A DNA stretch of 64,000 nt, from contig JAWAWX010000001.1 in the NCBI GenBank assembly GCA_038897215.1, forward strand, positions 640,001 to 704,000, written 5' to 3'. Positions 30,269-39,370 of this stretch are shown piece after piece (within the stretch, counting starts at the first letter, position 1; the number at the start of each line of letters is the position of its first letter). The position numbers and the translations under genes were made by a program. Below the pieces are notes generated by a model. The model ran no database searches, had not been told where the DNA came from, and saw only the letters and a list, made by a program, of their open reading frames with translations. The stretch is from Acidilobaceae archaeon. GTDB taxonomy: Archaea; Thermoproteota; Thermoprotei_A; Sulfolobales; Acidilobaceae.

Positions 30269-31720
30269 GTGGTTCTAGTGAAGGATACCATAAGGCTAGG
30301 CATGAACCTGCCGCTCTTCGTCATAGGGACTCTAATCGTTGGATTGGGTTGCTTTATTGGCATTGTAGGCATATGGGGCTACATGGCTCAAGGAAAGGTT
30401 AGCCCTGAGTGGGTCAAGATAAGTCACGGCCATGTAGCTTGGTGGGGGGTCTTAATACTGATAGCGGCAACAGTCCTACCCGGGCTCAACGTGACCAGGT
30501 CATTTAAGAACCTTGCTGTCATAGTCTGCCTCGTCGCGCCCACAGTGTGGGGAGTCTCGTACTATCTCTACTACGCTAGGGGCGTCGACGCTTTCAAGTA
30601 CCTTCTACCTGTGAGCGAGCTAGCGTTAATGGCCGTCCTCCTAGCTATAGCGCTCCAGGCTTCGGGCTTCCAGCTACCTGGGATCACGGCGCACGAGGTC
30701 GAGAAGAGCCCCTACGAGATAGAGACGGGCATAGAGGTACCCAGGAAGATGTTCCTCGTGCCCACAGTCATCACAGTTCTAGGAGTTCTCGCAGGCTTCT
30801 ACATGACAGTATTCTTCAGAGCCGCGGAGAAGCCTATAGAGCCTGCCGCGCTAGTTCAGCTACACACTCATACAGTGTTGCTGGCAGCTAGCGCTGTGCT
30901 GATGCTTCTAGCGCTGAAGGTTCTCGGAGTCGACGAGGCTATCTTCGACTCAGCTCTGAGGATCTCACAGATAGCTCTACCTCTAGTCTTCCTAGGGCTC
31001 CTGGTCTTCATCCTATTCGGGACACACAGCATAGTCTGGGTTCTCCCTGCAGGCATATACTTCCTGCTACCTCTCGCTGTGTTCCTGGCTAGCATAGGGT
31101 TAATAGCAACGAAGCCAGTGGTGCCTTTCCACTCAGCTCTCAAAGCCTCTATGGCTTTCGCTCTAGCCGTGCTCTTGATACTCATCGCTACCGGCGCCTA
31201 CATAGCGCTCAGGTGGGACACGTCTCCCTACGTGACGGTAACGTTCAGGCAGCCAGAAGGGTGGCCTCACGTAGGCCCGTACTACGACCCTGCTAAGGGC
31301 TATCCGGGCACAGCCCCGGCCAGGAACACGCCTAGAGGGCTGGAGAACGCTCACTACAGTCCCGGAAGCTGGCTACACGTCGCTGTAGCGTGGCTGGTAT
31401 GCCTAGGGCTGCTCTCCGCAGGAGGAGTCTTCACAAACGTGCTGAACAAGCCAGGGCTCTTCTACCTCTTCGCGATCACCATCCCCCTAGCTCCATTCTT
31501 CAACGCGCTCGGAAGATACCTAGCCTGGTGGCCTGAGCTAGGCCCAGCGGCTCCAGCGCTTATGGTTACAGACCCCACGTTCACTGGCGCTCCGGGCGGC
31601 ATAGGAGCACTCTGGTACGCAGGCCACCCACTCAAGGCTTTCAACATATTGAGCCTAGCGATACTAGGCTTGGTAGTCATAAGCATCATAGCTCAAAAGA
31701 GAGCTAGCTCCGGCTCCTAG
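30269..31720 (+). CDS. 12-TM membrane protein of three 4-TM units with His motifs (heme-copper-oxidase-homology-like)
   Basis: Second helix of each unit carries SHGH, LHTH and AH...LH. Confidence 0.5.
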   Translation: MVLVKDTIRLGMNLPLFVIGTLIVGLGCFIGIVGIWGYMAQGKVSPEWVKISHGHVAWWGVLILIAATVLPGLNVTRSFKNLAVIVCLVAPTVWGVSYYLYYARGVDAFKYLLPVSELALMAVLLAIALQASGFQLPGITAHEVEKSPYEIETGIEVPRKMFLVPTVITVLGVLAGFYMTVFFRAAEKPIEPAALVQLHTHTVLLAASAVLMLLALKVLGVDEAIFDSALRISQIALPLVFLGLLVFILFGTHSIVWVLPAGIYFLLPLAVFLASIGLIATKPVVPFHSALKASMAFALAVLLILIATGAYIALRWDTSPYVTVTFRQPEGWPHVGPYYDPAKGYPGTAPARNTPRGLENAHYSPGSWLHVAVAWLVCLGLLSAGGVFTNVLNKPGLFYLFAITIPLAPFFNALGRYLAWWPELGPAAPALMVTDPTFTGAPGGIGALWYAGHPLKAFNILSLAILGLVVISIIAQKRASSGS

Positions 31721-31816
31721 CCTCCGAACTCTACCTATCCCCTCTTCTCCCCATTCCCCTCTTTGCTCTCTTGAAGGATAGCAGTTAGAGGAGGTAAGTG
31801 TGTTCGACCGCCCCCA

Positions 31817-32674
31817 CTAGGACTTAGCGCTTCTCGCCACATATCTGGCTATTGATGCTGCTATGTTGACTCCCGTGACTCTAGCTAGGGTTTTGAACTC
31901 GGGGACTACGTTTACTTCGTTGACTAGTAGTCCCCCCTCGCGAGCGTAGAGCATGTCCACTCCCGCTATCTCAGCCTTTACTGCTCTAGCTGCTCTTATC
32001 GAGAGCTCTTCTAGCTCGCTAGTCACGGGCACGGCTTCAGCTACTCCCCCGAGCGCAGCGTTGCTCCTCCACTCGTGGCTACTAGCGCTCCTCCTCTCCA
32101 TGCAGGCTACTACCTCCTCTCCTACGACGAAGCACCTCAAGTCTCTCCCGGTTAGCGCAGCCTCCTGGATCACGTGGACTCTTAGATGTGGCGACTCGAG
32201 CCTCCTCCTGTGTTCTACTATCGCCTTGAGAGAAGCCGGGTCTCTCACTAGGCTCACGAGCCTGCCCCAGCTCCCTAGAGGAGGCTTGTCTACTAGAGGA
32301 AAGCTGATGGGTAGCGTGCTGCCGTCTAGCTCTCCGCCCTCTAGGAGGATCAGCGTCTCGGGTATCCTCAAGCCTTCTCTATACAACATTGAGTACGTGA
32401 GGATCTTGTCGTGCCCTATCGTTAGAGCTGTCAGAGAGTTTATGGCTCTACCGCCTGAAGCCTCGACTAGTGAGGCCACGTATATGCTGTTGACGGAGGA
32501 GATGTTCCTAACTAAGACTAGAGACCCGGGCTCCACAACGCCATTTATTCTAAGAGCGTTTCTAGAACCTAGAATCGATACTCTAAGCCCTAGATTCGAG
32601 AACTCCTTTAGCAACATGTCTTCCTCGAGACGCAATACATCGACTGATATGTAAAGGTGGGCGAAGTGATTCAC
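31817..32674 (-). CDS. argX: RimK/LysX-family ATP-grasp ligase, ArgX-like (glutamate-LysW ligase)
   Basis: KPPLGSWGRLVS, WRSNAALGG, NEVNVVPEFK; WR rather than the LysX WITNT motif. Confidence 0.65.
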   Translation of the reverse strand: MNHFAHLYISVDVLRLEEDMLLKEFSNLGLRVSILGSRNALRINGVVEPGSLVLVRNISSVNSIYVASLVEASGGRAINSLTALTIGHDKILTYSMLYREGLRIPETLILLEGGELDGSTLPISFPLVDKPPLGSWGRLVSLVRDPASLKAIVEHRRRLESPHLRVHVIQEAALTGRDLRCFVVGEEVVACMERRSASSHEWRSNAALGGVAEAVPVTSELEELSIRAARAVKAEIAGVDMLYAREGGLLVNEVNVVPEFKTLARVTGVNIAASIARYVARSAKS

Positions 32675-32689
32675 CGAATATCCACCCCA

Positions 32690-33781
32690 CTAGCGATACA
32701 CGTATTTAAGTTTTTCCATCTTCGCTAGCTCGAGGAGAGCATCGCGGTAGACCTCTATGCCTGCGTAGAAATCCTCGACCTCGATCCACTCTATGTCGGT
32801 ATGCGAGAGAGCAGGGTCTCCCGGACCGTACTCTACTATAGAGTCTGTCAGGCTCGCTAATATAGCCATATCGCTAGTGCCCTGCTTAACTACGAATCTC
32901 GGCTTGACCCCTCTGAGAGCTAAAGCTCTCGCTATAGCTCTAGCAGCAGGATTTCCCGGCGATGCTCTAAAAGGTTTAGTGTAAGACTCTATGGTGTAAC
33001 CGCATCTACTCGGGAGGCTTCTCGAAAGCGCTTCTGAGACCTCGCTGAGCTCTCCTCCCACTGGTACTCTGACTCCCAATATCATTCTGCCATAGCGAGG
33101 GACCACGTTGAATCTGCTATCGCCACACTCGAGTCGCAGAAGGGTTGCGATGTAATCAGCTGAGATAGTGTTCTTGAAGAGATGCCATGAGGAGATCAAG
33201 TCCTCGCAAGCCGAGCTGTATATGTTGGGAGAAGCGCTATGGCCTCCGAGACTCCTACACTCTACGACTATTCTAGCGCTCCCTCTGCACCCAATTGCTA
33301 CTCCATTGAGCCCCGTGGGCTCACCCACGATCACAGCGCTGACTCTCAACCCGCTGGACGCGAGCACTTGAGCCCCATGGCTCGGACCCTCTTCACCCAC
33401 TAGAGCTGCCAGGACCACCCTGAGGTCGCTGGTATAGCGTGTTGCCAGAGCGCCGGCTATAGCCATGGCTACTAGGGGCCCTTTAGCGTCTACTGCTCCA
33501 CGACCGTAGACTCTCCCGTCTTCAACCCTCACGGGTATAAAGCCCTCCACTGTGTCTATGTGGCCGGCTAGGAGCACTGCATAGCTCCCGTTGCCGGCTT
33601 CAGCTATCAGGTTGCCGACGCTATCCACCTCTACTCTCTCATAGCCTATCTTTGAGAGCTCGCTTTCTAGAGCTCTGACCGCTCTCTCCTCCTGGAACGT
33701 GGGGCTGTACGCTTCCAGGAGCTTAACCAGGAGCTCTAGCGCTTGCTTCCTCGTCGAGGCATCTAGCAAGAGCTCCGACAC
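32690..33781 (-). CDS. lysK: [LysW]-lysine/ornithine hydrolase (M20 peptidase)
   Basis: GHIDTV, GRGAVDAKGPL, GEE, GTSDM, YGPGD...HT. Confidence 0.9.
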   Translation of the reverse strand: MSELLLDASTRKQALELLVKLLEAYSPTFQEERAVRALESELSKIGYERVEVDSVGNLIAEAGNGSYAVLLAGHIDTVEGFIPVRVEDGRVYGRGAVDAKGPLVAMAIAGALATRYTSDLRVVLAALVGEEGPSHGAQVLASSGLRVSAVIVGEPTGLNGVAIGCRGSARIVVECRSLGGHSASPNIYSSACEDLISSWHLFKNTISADYIATLLRLECGDSRFNVVPRYGRMILGVRVPVGGELSEVSEALSRSLPSRCGYTIESYTKPFRASPGNPAARAIARALALRGVKPRFVVKQGTSDMAILASLTDSIVEYGPGDPALSHTDIEWIEVEDFYAGIEVYRDALLELAKMEKLKYVYR

Positions 33782-34919
33782 CCCACTCTATGTCCTCATC
33801 GGTTATCATATAGGGGGGCAGGAAGCGCACTACCGTCGAGCCAGCTCTTAGAGCTAAGACTCTCCACTTCTCCTGCATGCATCTCAGCACTCGAGCAGGG
33901 GGGACTCGTAGCTCAACTCCGACCATGAGCCCCACTCCTCTAATGGCTCTCACGAGCTCTTCGCCTCTCAGAGACTCGGCTAGCCTCACTACCAGCTCTC
34001 GGCCAGCTCTCCCAGCTCTCTCCGGCACTCTCTCCTCTAGGAGGACTCTAGTCGAGGCCTTGACGGCAGCGCAGGCCAGCGGGTTGCCTCCGTAGGTTGA
34101 GCCATGGTCTCCCGGGGAGATCTTGCTGGCTGCTTCCTCCGTTAAAGCTACCATGCTCACAGGGAAGCCTCCACCTATCGCCTTACCTGCTATCAAGACG
34201 TCTGGCTCGATCCCGTAGATCTCGGAAGCCCATATCCTTCCTGTTCTCCCGAACCCTGTCTGAACTTCGTCAATCATGACTAGAGCTCCCTTGCTTCTAG
34301 CTTTTTCTACTAGAGCCTTCACGAAATCTGGAGATGCGGGGACTACTCCCCCCTCTCCCTGAATAAGCTCTACTATGACGCCAGCTGTCTCTCCATCGAT
34401 CTTCTCTAGGTCATCTACGGAGTTGAATCTGAGGATCTCGACTGCTGGGAGGAGGGGCTCGAAGGGAGCTCTGTATCTAGGGTTTCCTGTGACTGAGAGA
34501 GCTCCAAGCGTTCTACCGTGGAAGCTGTTGGTGAAGCCCACGAGCTTCTTCCTCCCGGTAGCTCTCCTAGCTAGCTTCAAGGCGAACTCTACGGCCTCAG
34601 CTCCGCTATTGAGTAGAGTGACGCTAGTCAAGTGTTTGGGCAGTATCTTCTCTAGCTCTTCGAGCATCTCTTCTCTAACTCTAACAGCAAACGAGGGAGT
34701 CGCGGTCGCGACCACCTCTAGCTGTTCTTTGAGCTCCTTTACCACGCGGGGGTGGAGATGCCCCAAGAAGGCTACTCCATGACCTGTATGGAAGTCTAGA
34801 TACATGTTGCCCTCTCTATCCCAGACGTATTGCCCTCTAGCTCTTGCTATCTCCAAGTCTCTAGGCTCGAAGAAGGAGAGGTATCTCAGCAAGCCTGCTA
34901 CCTCGCTATCTTTTAGCAA
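33723..34919 (-). CDS. lysJ: [LysW]-aminoadipate/glutamate semialdehyde transaminase
   Basis: NSGAEA, FHGRTLG, DEVQTGFGRTG, HGSTYGGNPLACA. Confidence 0.9.
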   Translation of the reverse strand: MLKDSEVAGLLRYLSFFEPRDLEIARARGQYVWDREGNMYLDFHTGHGVAFLGHLHPRVVKELKEQLEVVATATPSFAVRVREEMLEELEKILPKHLTSVTLLNSGAEAVEFALKLARRATGRKKLVGFTNSFHGRTLGALSVTGNPRYRAPFEPLLPAVEILRFNSVDDLEKIDGETAGVIVELIQGEGGVVPASPDFVKALVEKARSKGALVMIDEVQTGFGRTGRIWASEIYGIEPDVLIAGKAIGGGFPVSMVALTEEAASKISPGDHGSTYGGNPLACAAVKASTRVLLEERVPERAGRAGRELVVRLAESLRGEELVRAIRGVGLMVGVELRVPPARVLRCMQEKWRVLALRAGSTVVRFLPPYMITDEDIEWGVGALARCLDEEASARAPG

Positions 34920-35751
34920 TGGCTACAAGGTACTCTATGATCTTGCCCGGCAGGTCGTAGCCAGTAACGGCTACGGTGTTCTTGAAGTCCGGGACTACGT
35001 TCACCTCGTTTACCACATAGCCTCTCTCGGGGTCTTCGAAAACATCTATCCCCGCTATCTCGACCCCAATGATTTCAGCTACCTTGATAGCTAGCTCTCT
35101 GAGGTCTGAGTCAACGCGAGCAGGCTCAGCTCTGCCCCCTCTAGCAGTGTTAGTTATCCAGTGCTCGCTGACCCTGTATATCGCTACGGGGGCTTCAGAG
35201 CCTACTACGAATACCCTCAGGTCTCTCCCGGGCTTTCTGATAAACTCTTGGATTAAGTGTATCTGGAAGCGCGGGTCCGGCACGTAGCTTCTATGCTCTA
35301 TTATAGAGCGTAGTGACTCATCATCGCTGATCAAGCTCACGAGCCTACCCCAGCTTCCATCAATAGGCTTGATGACAACAGGGTAGCCTAGCTTTCTCGC
35401 AGCTTCGAGAGCGGTCTTCTCATCGAAAGCCACGTAGGTTCTCGGAGTCTCTATGCCTCGAGATGCTAGAAGAGTCAGTGTCCAGAGCTTGTTTCTAGCT
35501 ATGGCTGTCGAGAGAGAGGTATTCACTACTCTCACGTCGCTAGACTCTAGAGCTATAGTTGAAGCTAGTGCTATCTCGTGGCTTACGCTTCTTTGGAGAG
35601 CCACTTCTAGGTTTATGCTCTTCGCTCCAATAGAGAGAGGAGAGTTCTTGAGGTACAGTATCTCTAGAGAGACTCCTCTCCTCCTAGCAGCCTCTACTAG
35701 GGCTCTCTCCTCCCATCTAGCCACATCGTATACTATCCCTATCCTAGCCAT
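34906..35751 (-). CDS. lysX: Alpha-aminoadipate-LysW ligase
   Basis: KPIDGSWGRL, KPGRDLR, HWITNTARGG, EVNVVPDFKN; adjacent to lysW. Confidence 0.9.
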   Translation of the reverse strand: MARIGIVYDVARWEERALVEAARRRGVSLEILYLKNSPLSIGAKSINLEVALQRSVSHEIALASTIALESSDVRVVNTSLSTAIARNKLWTLTLLASRGIETPRTYVAFDEKTALEAARKLGYPVVIKPIDGSWGRLVSLISDDESLRSIIEHRSYVPDPRFQIHLIQEFIRKPGRDLRVFVVGSEAPVAIYRVSEHWITNTARGGRAEPARVDSDLRELAIKVAEIIGVEIAGIDVFEDPERGYVVNEVNVVPDFKNTVAVTGYDLPGKIIEYLVAIAKR

Positions 35752-35757
35752 GCCCGG

Positions 35758-35943
35758 CTACTCTCCCCAATCTTCGCCTACCTCTAGAGGCTTCAATGAG
35801 ACCTCCTTACCCGACACTACTACCTCTAGAGAGACCCCGCAGTCGTGGTCTACTACCTCACCAGGTAGCACGTCTTCGGGGAGCTCCACGTCTCTACCGC
35901 ATATAGGGCATCTAGCTTTCAAGGGCACACCGGACACCCCCAT
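35758..35943 (-). CDS. lysW: Amino-group carrier protein LysW
   Basis: CPIC...HDCG zinc ribbon and C-terminal EDWGE. Confidence 0.97.
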   Translation of the reverse strand: MGVSGVPLKARCPICGRDVELPEDVLPGEVVDHDCGVSLEVVVSGKEVSLKPLEVGEDWGE

Positions 35944-35995
35944 GCCTTATAGGCGCCGAAATGCCTCTAATTCAGCGGAGAGTATATAAGTTTTT

Positions 35996-36031
35996 CACAC
36001 TGTTAGCTTCAGATGTAACACTGTGAGTACA
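35996..36031. promoter_or_regulatory. Inverted repeat / putative operator in the divergent lysW-lysY promoter
   Basis: CACACTGTTA-N10-TAACACTGTG (9/10 match) just downstream of TATATAAG; contains TGTAACACTG. Confidence 0.45.
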
Positions 36032-36063
36032 TTCGAACAAACGGAGTTCCAGGTGTCTGAGCC

Positions 36064-37116
36064 GTGATCAGAGTGGCTGTGGTGGGCGCCTCGGGCTATA
36101 CCGGAGGAGAGCTTCTCAGGATCCTAGCGGAGCACCCGGAGGTAGAGGTCACTGTAGCCACGTCGAGAGAGTACGCTGGAAAGCCCCTACACTTCGCTCA
36201 CTTCAACCTCAGGGGGTTCTATAGAGGGCTTAGATTCACTTCGCTCGACTTAGACCACATAGCCCGCAAAGCCGATGCGGTCTTCTTATCGCTACCTCAC
36301 GGAGTCGGCTTACACTACGTCCCTAAACTTCTAGAGGTAGGTCTCATGGTGGTAGACCTGAGCGCGGACTTCAGGCTAAAGAATCCCGAGGACTACAAGA
36401 AGTGGTACGGTATCGAGCACCCATACCCGGACCTCTTATCGAAAGCAGTCTACGGGCTACCGGAGCTTCATAGAAGCGAGCTGAGAGGAGCGAAGCTGAT
36501 CGCCGTCCCTGGCTGTAACGCTACAGCCTCCATCATAGCTCTCGCTCCACTAGTCAAGAACAGGATCATCGATGTCAAGAAGATAGTGGTCGACGTTAAG
36601 GTGGGCAGTAGTGAAGCAGGCTGGAATCCCAGCAAGTGGAGTCACCACCCTGAAAGAGAAGGAGCTATGAGACCCTACGACGCGGAAGGCCACAGGCACG
36701 CGGCTGAGGTAGAGCAAGAACTCAGAGCTCTCGTAGGCGAAGACGTCGAGGTCTCTCTAGTCCCCCACGCTGTGGGAGCAGTGAGAGGAGCTCTTGCATC
36801 AGCTCATTCATGGCTTGCTCGAGATGCGAGCTCTCTCGATATCCTTAAGGCCTATGTGTCGATGTACTCGGAGGAGCCTTTCGTCAGGATAGTCTACAAT
36901 GCTCCCCCAGGCTACCCCGACCCCAAGTACGTCATCGGGAGTAACTACGCCGACGTGGGCTTCGCGCTAGAAGAGAGGAGAAGAAGGGTCACGGGTTTCG
37001 CGGCTATAGACAATCTAGTAAAGGGAGCGGCAGGCCAGGCGGTCCAGGCGTTCAACATAGCTCTAGGGCTTAGCGAGACTCTAGGATTATCGAGGCCCCC
37101 CCTTAAGCCAGCGTGA
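36064..37116 (+). CDS. lysY: [LysW]-aminoadipate/glutamate phosphate reductase (ArgC family)
   Basis: GASGYTGGEL, DLSADFRL, PGCNAT, DNLVKGAAGQAVQ. Confidence 0.95.
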   Translation: MIRVAVVGASGYTGGELLRILAEHPEVEVTVATSREYAGKPLHFAHFNLRGFYRGLRFTSLDLDHIARKADAVFLSLPHGVGLHYVPKLLEVGLMVVDLSADFRLKNPEDYKKWYGIEHPYPDLLSKAVYGLPELHRSELRGAKLIAVPGCNATASIIALAPLVKNRIIDVKKIVVDVKVGSSEAGWNPSKWSHHPEREGAMRPYDAEGHRHAAEVEQELRALVGEDVEVSLVPHAVGAVRGALASAHSWLARDASSLDILKAYVSMYSEEPFVRIVYNAPPGYPDPKYVIGSNYADVGFALEERRRRVTGFAAIDNLVKGAAGQAVQAFNIALGLSETLGLSRPPLKPA

Positions 37117-37120
37117 GACT

Positions 37121-37924
37121 ATGATCGTGGTGAAGATAGGAGGCCGTGCTCTGAGAGCTAACCTCGAGAACATAGCGGGAGACCTGGCAGAGCTCTGGGC
37201 TAGAGGAGAGAGGATAGTCGTAGTCCACGGGGGAGGAGACATAGTCTCGGAGTACTCGAAGAGGATGGGCGTAGAGCCTCAGATCGTAGTCTCCCCCTCG
37301 GGCGTGAGGAGCAGGTATACTAGCAGAGAGGAGCTAGAGGTGTACGTTATGACCATGGCCGGTAAGATAAACAAGGAGATGGTCTCCAGACTGGTGGCTA
37401 GAGGAGTCAGAGCAGTAGGAGTCTCAGGAGCAGACGGGCCGACGCTACTAGCTGAGAGGAAGGAGCGGATAATAGTAGTCGACGAGAGGGGGAGGAGGAG
37501 AGTGCTAGAGGGAGGCTATACGGGCAGGATAGAGAGCGTCGACGCTAGCCTGCTGAGTAGCCTAATCGAGAAAGGCTACCTGGTAGTAGTAGCGCCGATA
37601 GCAGTGTCTCGAGAGGGAGTCTTACTCAATGTAGACGGAGACCAGGCAGCATCCAGGATAGCGGCTTCTCTCAAAGCCTCTAAGCTCATAGCTCTCTCTG
37701 ATGTAGACGGGTTGATCCTAGAGGGGTCTCTAGTCGAGAGAGTAAGGGTTGAGGAGCTGAGAAGCCTACTGCCTAGAGTGGGTCCCGGAATGAATAGGAA
37801 GCTGCTTCACGTAGTGGAGGCTCTAGAAGCCGGGGTTGGAGAGGCAGTCATAGCGAGCGGCCTAGGCGAGAAGCCCGTTAGCAGAGCGCTAGAGAGAAGA
37901 CGCTGTACAGTCATCACTCTCTAA
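37121..37924 (+). CDS. lysZ: [LysW]-aminoadipate/glutamate kinase
   Basis: VKIGG, VHGGG, SRYT, NVDGD, GPGMNRK. Confidence 0.93.
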   Translation: MIVVKIGGRALRANLENIAGDLAELWARGERIVVVHGGGDIVSEYSKRMGVEPQIVVSPSGVRSRYTSREELEVYVMTMAGKINKEMVSRLVARGVRAVGVSGADGPTLLAERKERIIVVDERGRRRVLEGGYTGRIESVDASLLSSLIEKGYLVVVAPIAVSREGVLLNVDGDQAASRIAASLKASKLIALSDVDGLILEGSLVERVRVEELRSLLPRVGPGMNRKLLHVVEALEAGVGEAVIASGLGEKPVSRALERRRCTVITL

Positions 37925-38354
37925 GACACAAGCTCTCTAGAGTCCTCAAAGCCAGCTCAAAAGCTCTCTTCTCAGAGCTAGCTGAGATAGCGATGAGCAC
38001 GAAAGGCTCCCTGGTGAAAAGTCGTAGAGCCCCGGCAACACCGTCCACCGAGACGTCTCCCGAGAGCCCTAGCCACAAGTCTCCTCTCATGCTCTCCCAG
38101 CTCTCCTCCCCTGTTTTGAAAGGCTCTATCACAGAGACCTCCGCCTTCTCGACGGCCGCGCCTTCTCTACAGCCTACCAGAGCGATCTGCCTACCGGAGG
38201 AGTCTATCGCTATGCCTAGAGCGTCTTTCAGCCCGTCTCCGAGCACGCACCTACCTAGAGTCTCCAGACTCTCCAACAACCTCTGTAGGCCTTTCCCGCA
38301 TTCGCTCAGCAGATGCGCTCTCACAGCCACGTATAGCTCTCTCGAGTTCTGCAA
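37914..38354 (-). CDS. Hypothetical protein (possibly hydrogenase-maturation related)
   Basis: Co-oriented downstream of hypA/hypB; typical codon usage; start uncertain. Confidence 0.5.
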   Translation of the reverse strand: MQNSRELYVAVRAHLLSECGKGLQRLLESLETLGRCVLGDGLKDALGIAIDSSGRQIALVGCREGAAVEKAEVSVIEPFKTGEESWESMRGDLWLGLSGDVSVDGVAGALRLFTREPFVLIAISASSEKRAFELALRTLESLCLRE

Positions 38355-38601
38355 AAAGGTCCCCCGATTCGCTCAATCCTAGAGACCTAGCTATCTCGGC
38401 TTTTAGCTCCTCGAGAGTGGGTTGAGGTTGAGCTTTTAGCGCGTAGATAGACTTAACAAGCTCTTCCTCAAGAGGCTTGAGGACCTCTCCTAGGACTGCT
38501 CTACTCAGCTCTTTCTCAGCCTCTTTAATAGCCTCTCCTACGTTAGCCCCTATCCTCAAAGCTTCTCTCAATAGCTCAGCGATAGCACGCCTACGCTCCA
38601 C
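38251..38601 (-). CDS. Hypothetical helical protein
   Basis: Co-oriented with hypB; typical codon usage; overlaps the next ORF. Confidence 0.5.
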   Translation of the reverse strand: MERRRAIAELLREALRIGANVGEAIKEAEKELSRAVLGEVLKPLEEELVKSIYALKAQPQPTLEELKAEIARSLGLSESGDLFAELERAIRGCESASAERMRERPTEVVGESGDSR

Positions 38602-38630
38602 AGCCTCTCATCATCTCTTAATTGTCACAC

Positions 38631-39368
38631 TCAGAGTATTAGAATCTCTCTGAGAGTCCCGGCTAGCGCTCTAGCTAGCTCGGTATCGAGAAGCCTAGAG
38701 GGGCTCCCGATGGAGTCCCGGAGGGAGCTATCGTAAGGCAGAGTCCCCAGATGCTTGAATCCGAGGAGAGAGACCTCACTAAGTAGGAGGGGGTCTCTTC
38801 TAGCTGACATGTTCTCGATGACGCCCACTGAGCGAGCACCCTCGCTCTTCAGAAGCCTCAGAAGCCTCCTAACGCTAGAGAGGCTTAGAGGGTCTTGAGT
38901 AGTGACTACTAGAATCTTGGCTCCGATAGCTAGGACTTCTAAGAGCTCATCTTTAGCCCCTGGAGGCATATCGAGTATTAGAGCGTCCAGTCTACCCCAG
39001 TCCACAGCGACTAGAAGCTCTCTCATAGCGTCGACAGCCGAAGAGCCTCTCAGAGCTAGAGGATTGCCTCTAGTGAAGACAACGGGGGTAGCTAAGAGAA
39101 CCCCCTCAACCTCGAGAGGCTTGACTCCAAACCCTTCTTCTATAGAGGCTTTCTCTGCATCAACTCCTAGCACTAGATGTGTTGTAGCGTTGGTGAAGTC
39201 TAGGTCTAGCAAGCCTACTCTGTAGTCTTCTCTAGCTAGGAGGAGGCTGAGGATGCAGGCTACAGTAGTCTTACCTACTCCACCCTTGCTACTAGCAACA
39301 GCATACACTCTCTTCACACTCTCAACGATCCTTCTAGCCTGAACTAATCTGGGGTCGGCAGAGCGCAT
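38631..39368 (-). CDS. hypB: Mrp/MinD-type ATPase HypB (Thermococcales-type nickel-insertion ATPase)
   Basis: DPR N-terminus, SKGGVGKT, LDLDF, DMPPG, ENM without the Mrp CxxC; directly downstream of hypA. Confidence 0.75.
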   Translation of the reverse strand: MRSADPRLVQARRIVESVKRVYAVASSKGGVGKTTVACILSLLLAREDYRVGLLDLDFTNATTHLVLGVDAEKASIEEGFGVKPLEVEGVLLATPVVFTRGNPLALRGSSAVDAMRELLVAVDWGRLDALILDMPPGAKDELLEVLAIGAKILVVTTQDPLSLSSVRRLLRLLKSEGARSVGVIENMSARRDPLLLSEVSLLGFKHLGTLPYDSSLRDSIGSPSRLLDTELARALAGTLREILIL

Positions 39369-39370
39369 CT

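Noticed and set aside
36027-36038. Sulfolobus-type LysM box (GTAC...GAAC)
   Set aside because: The half-site spacing looks too short and no LysM gene is in the window
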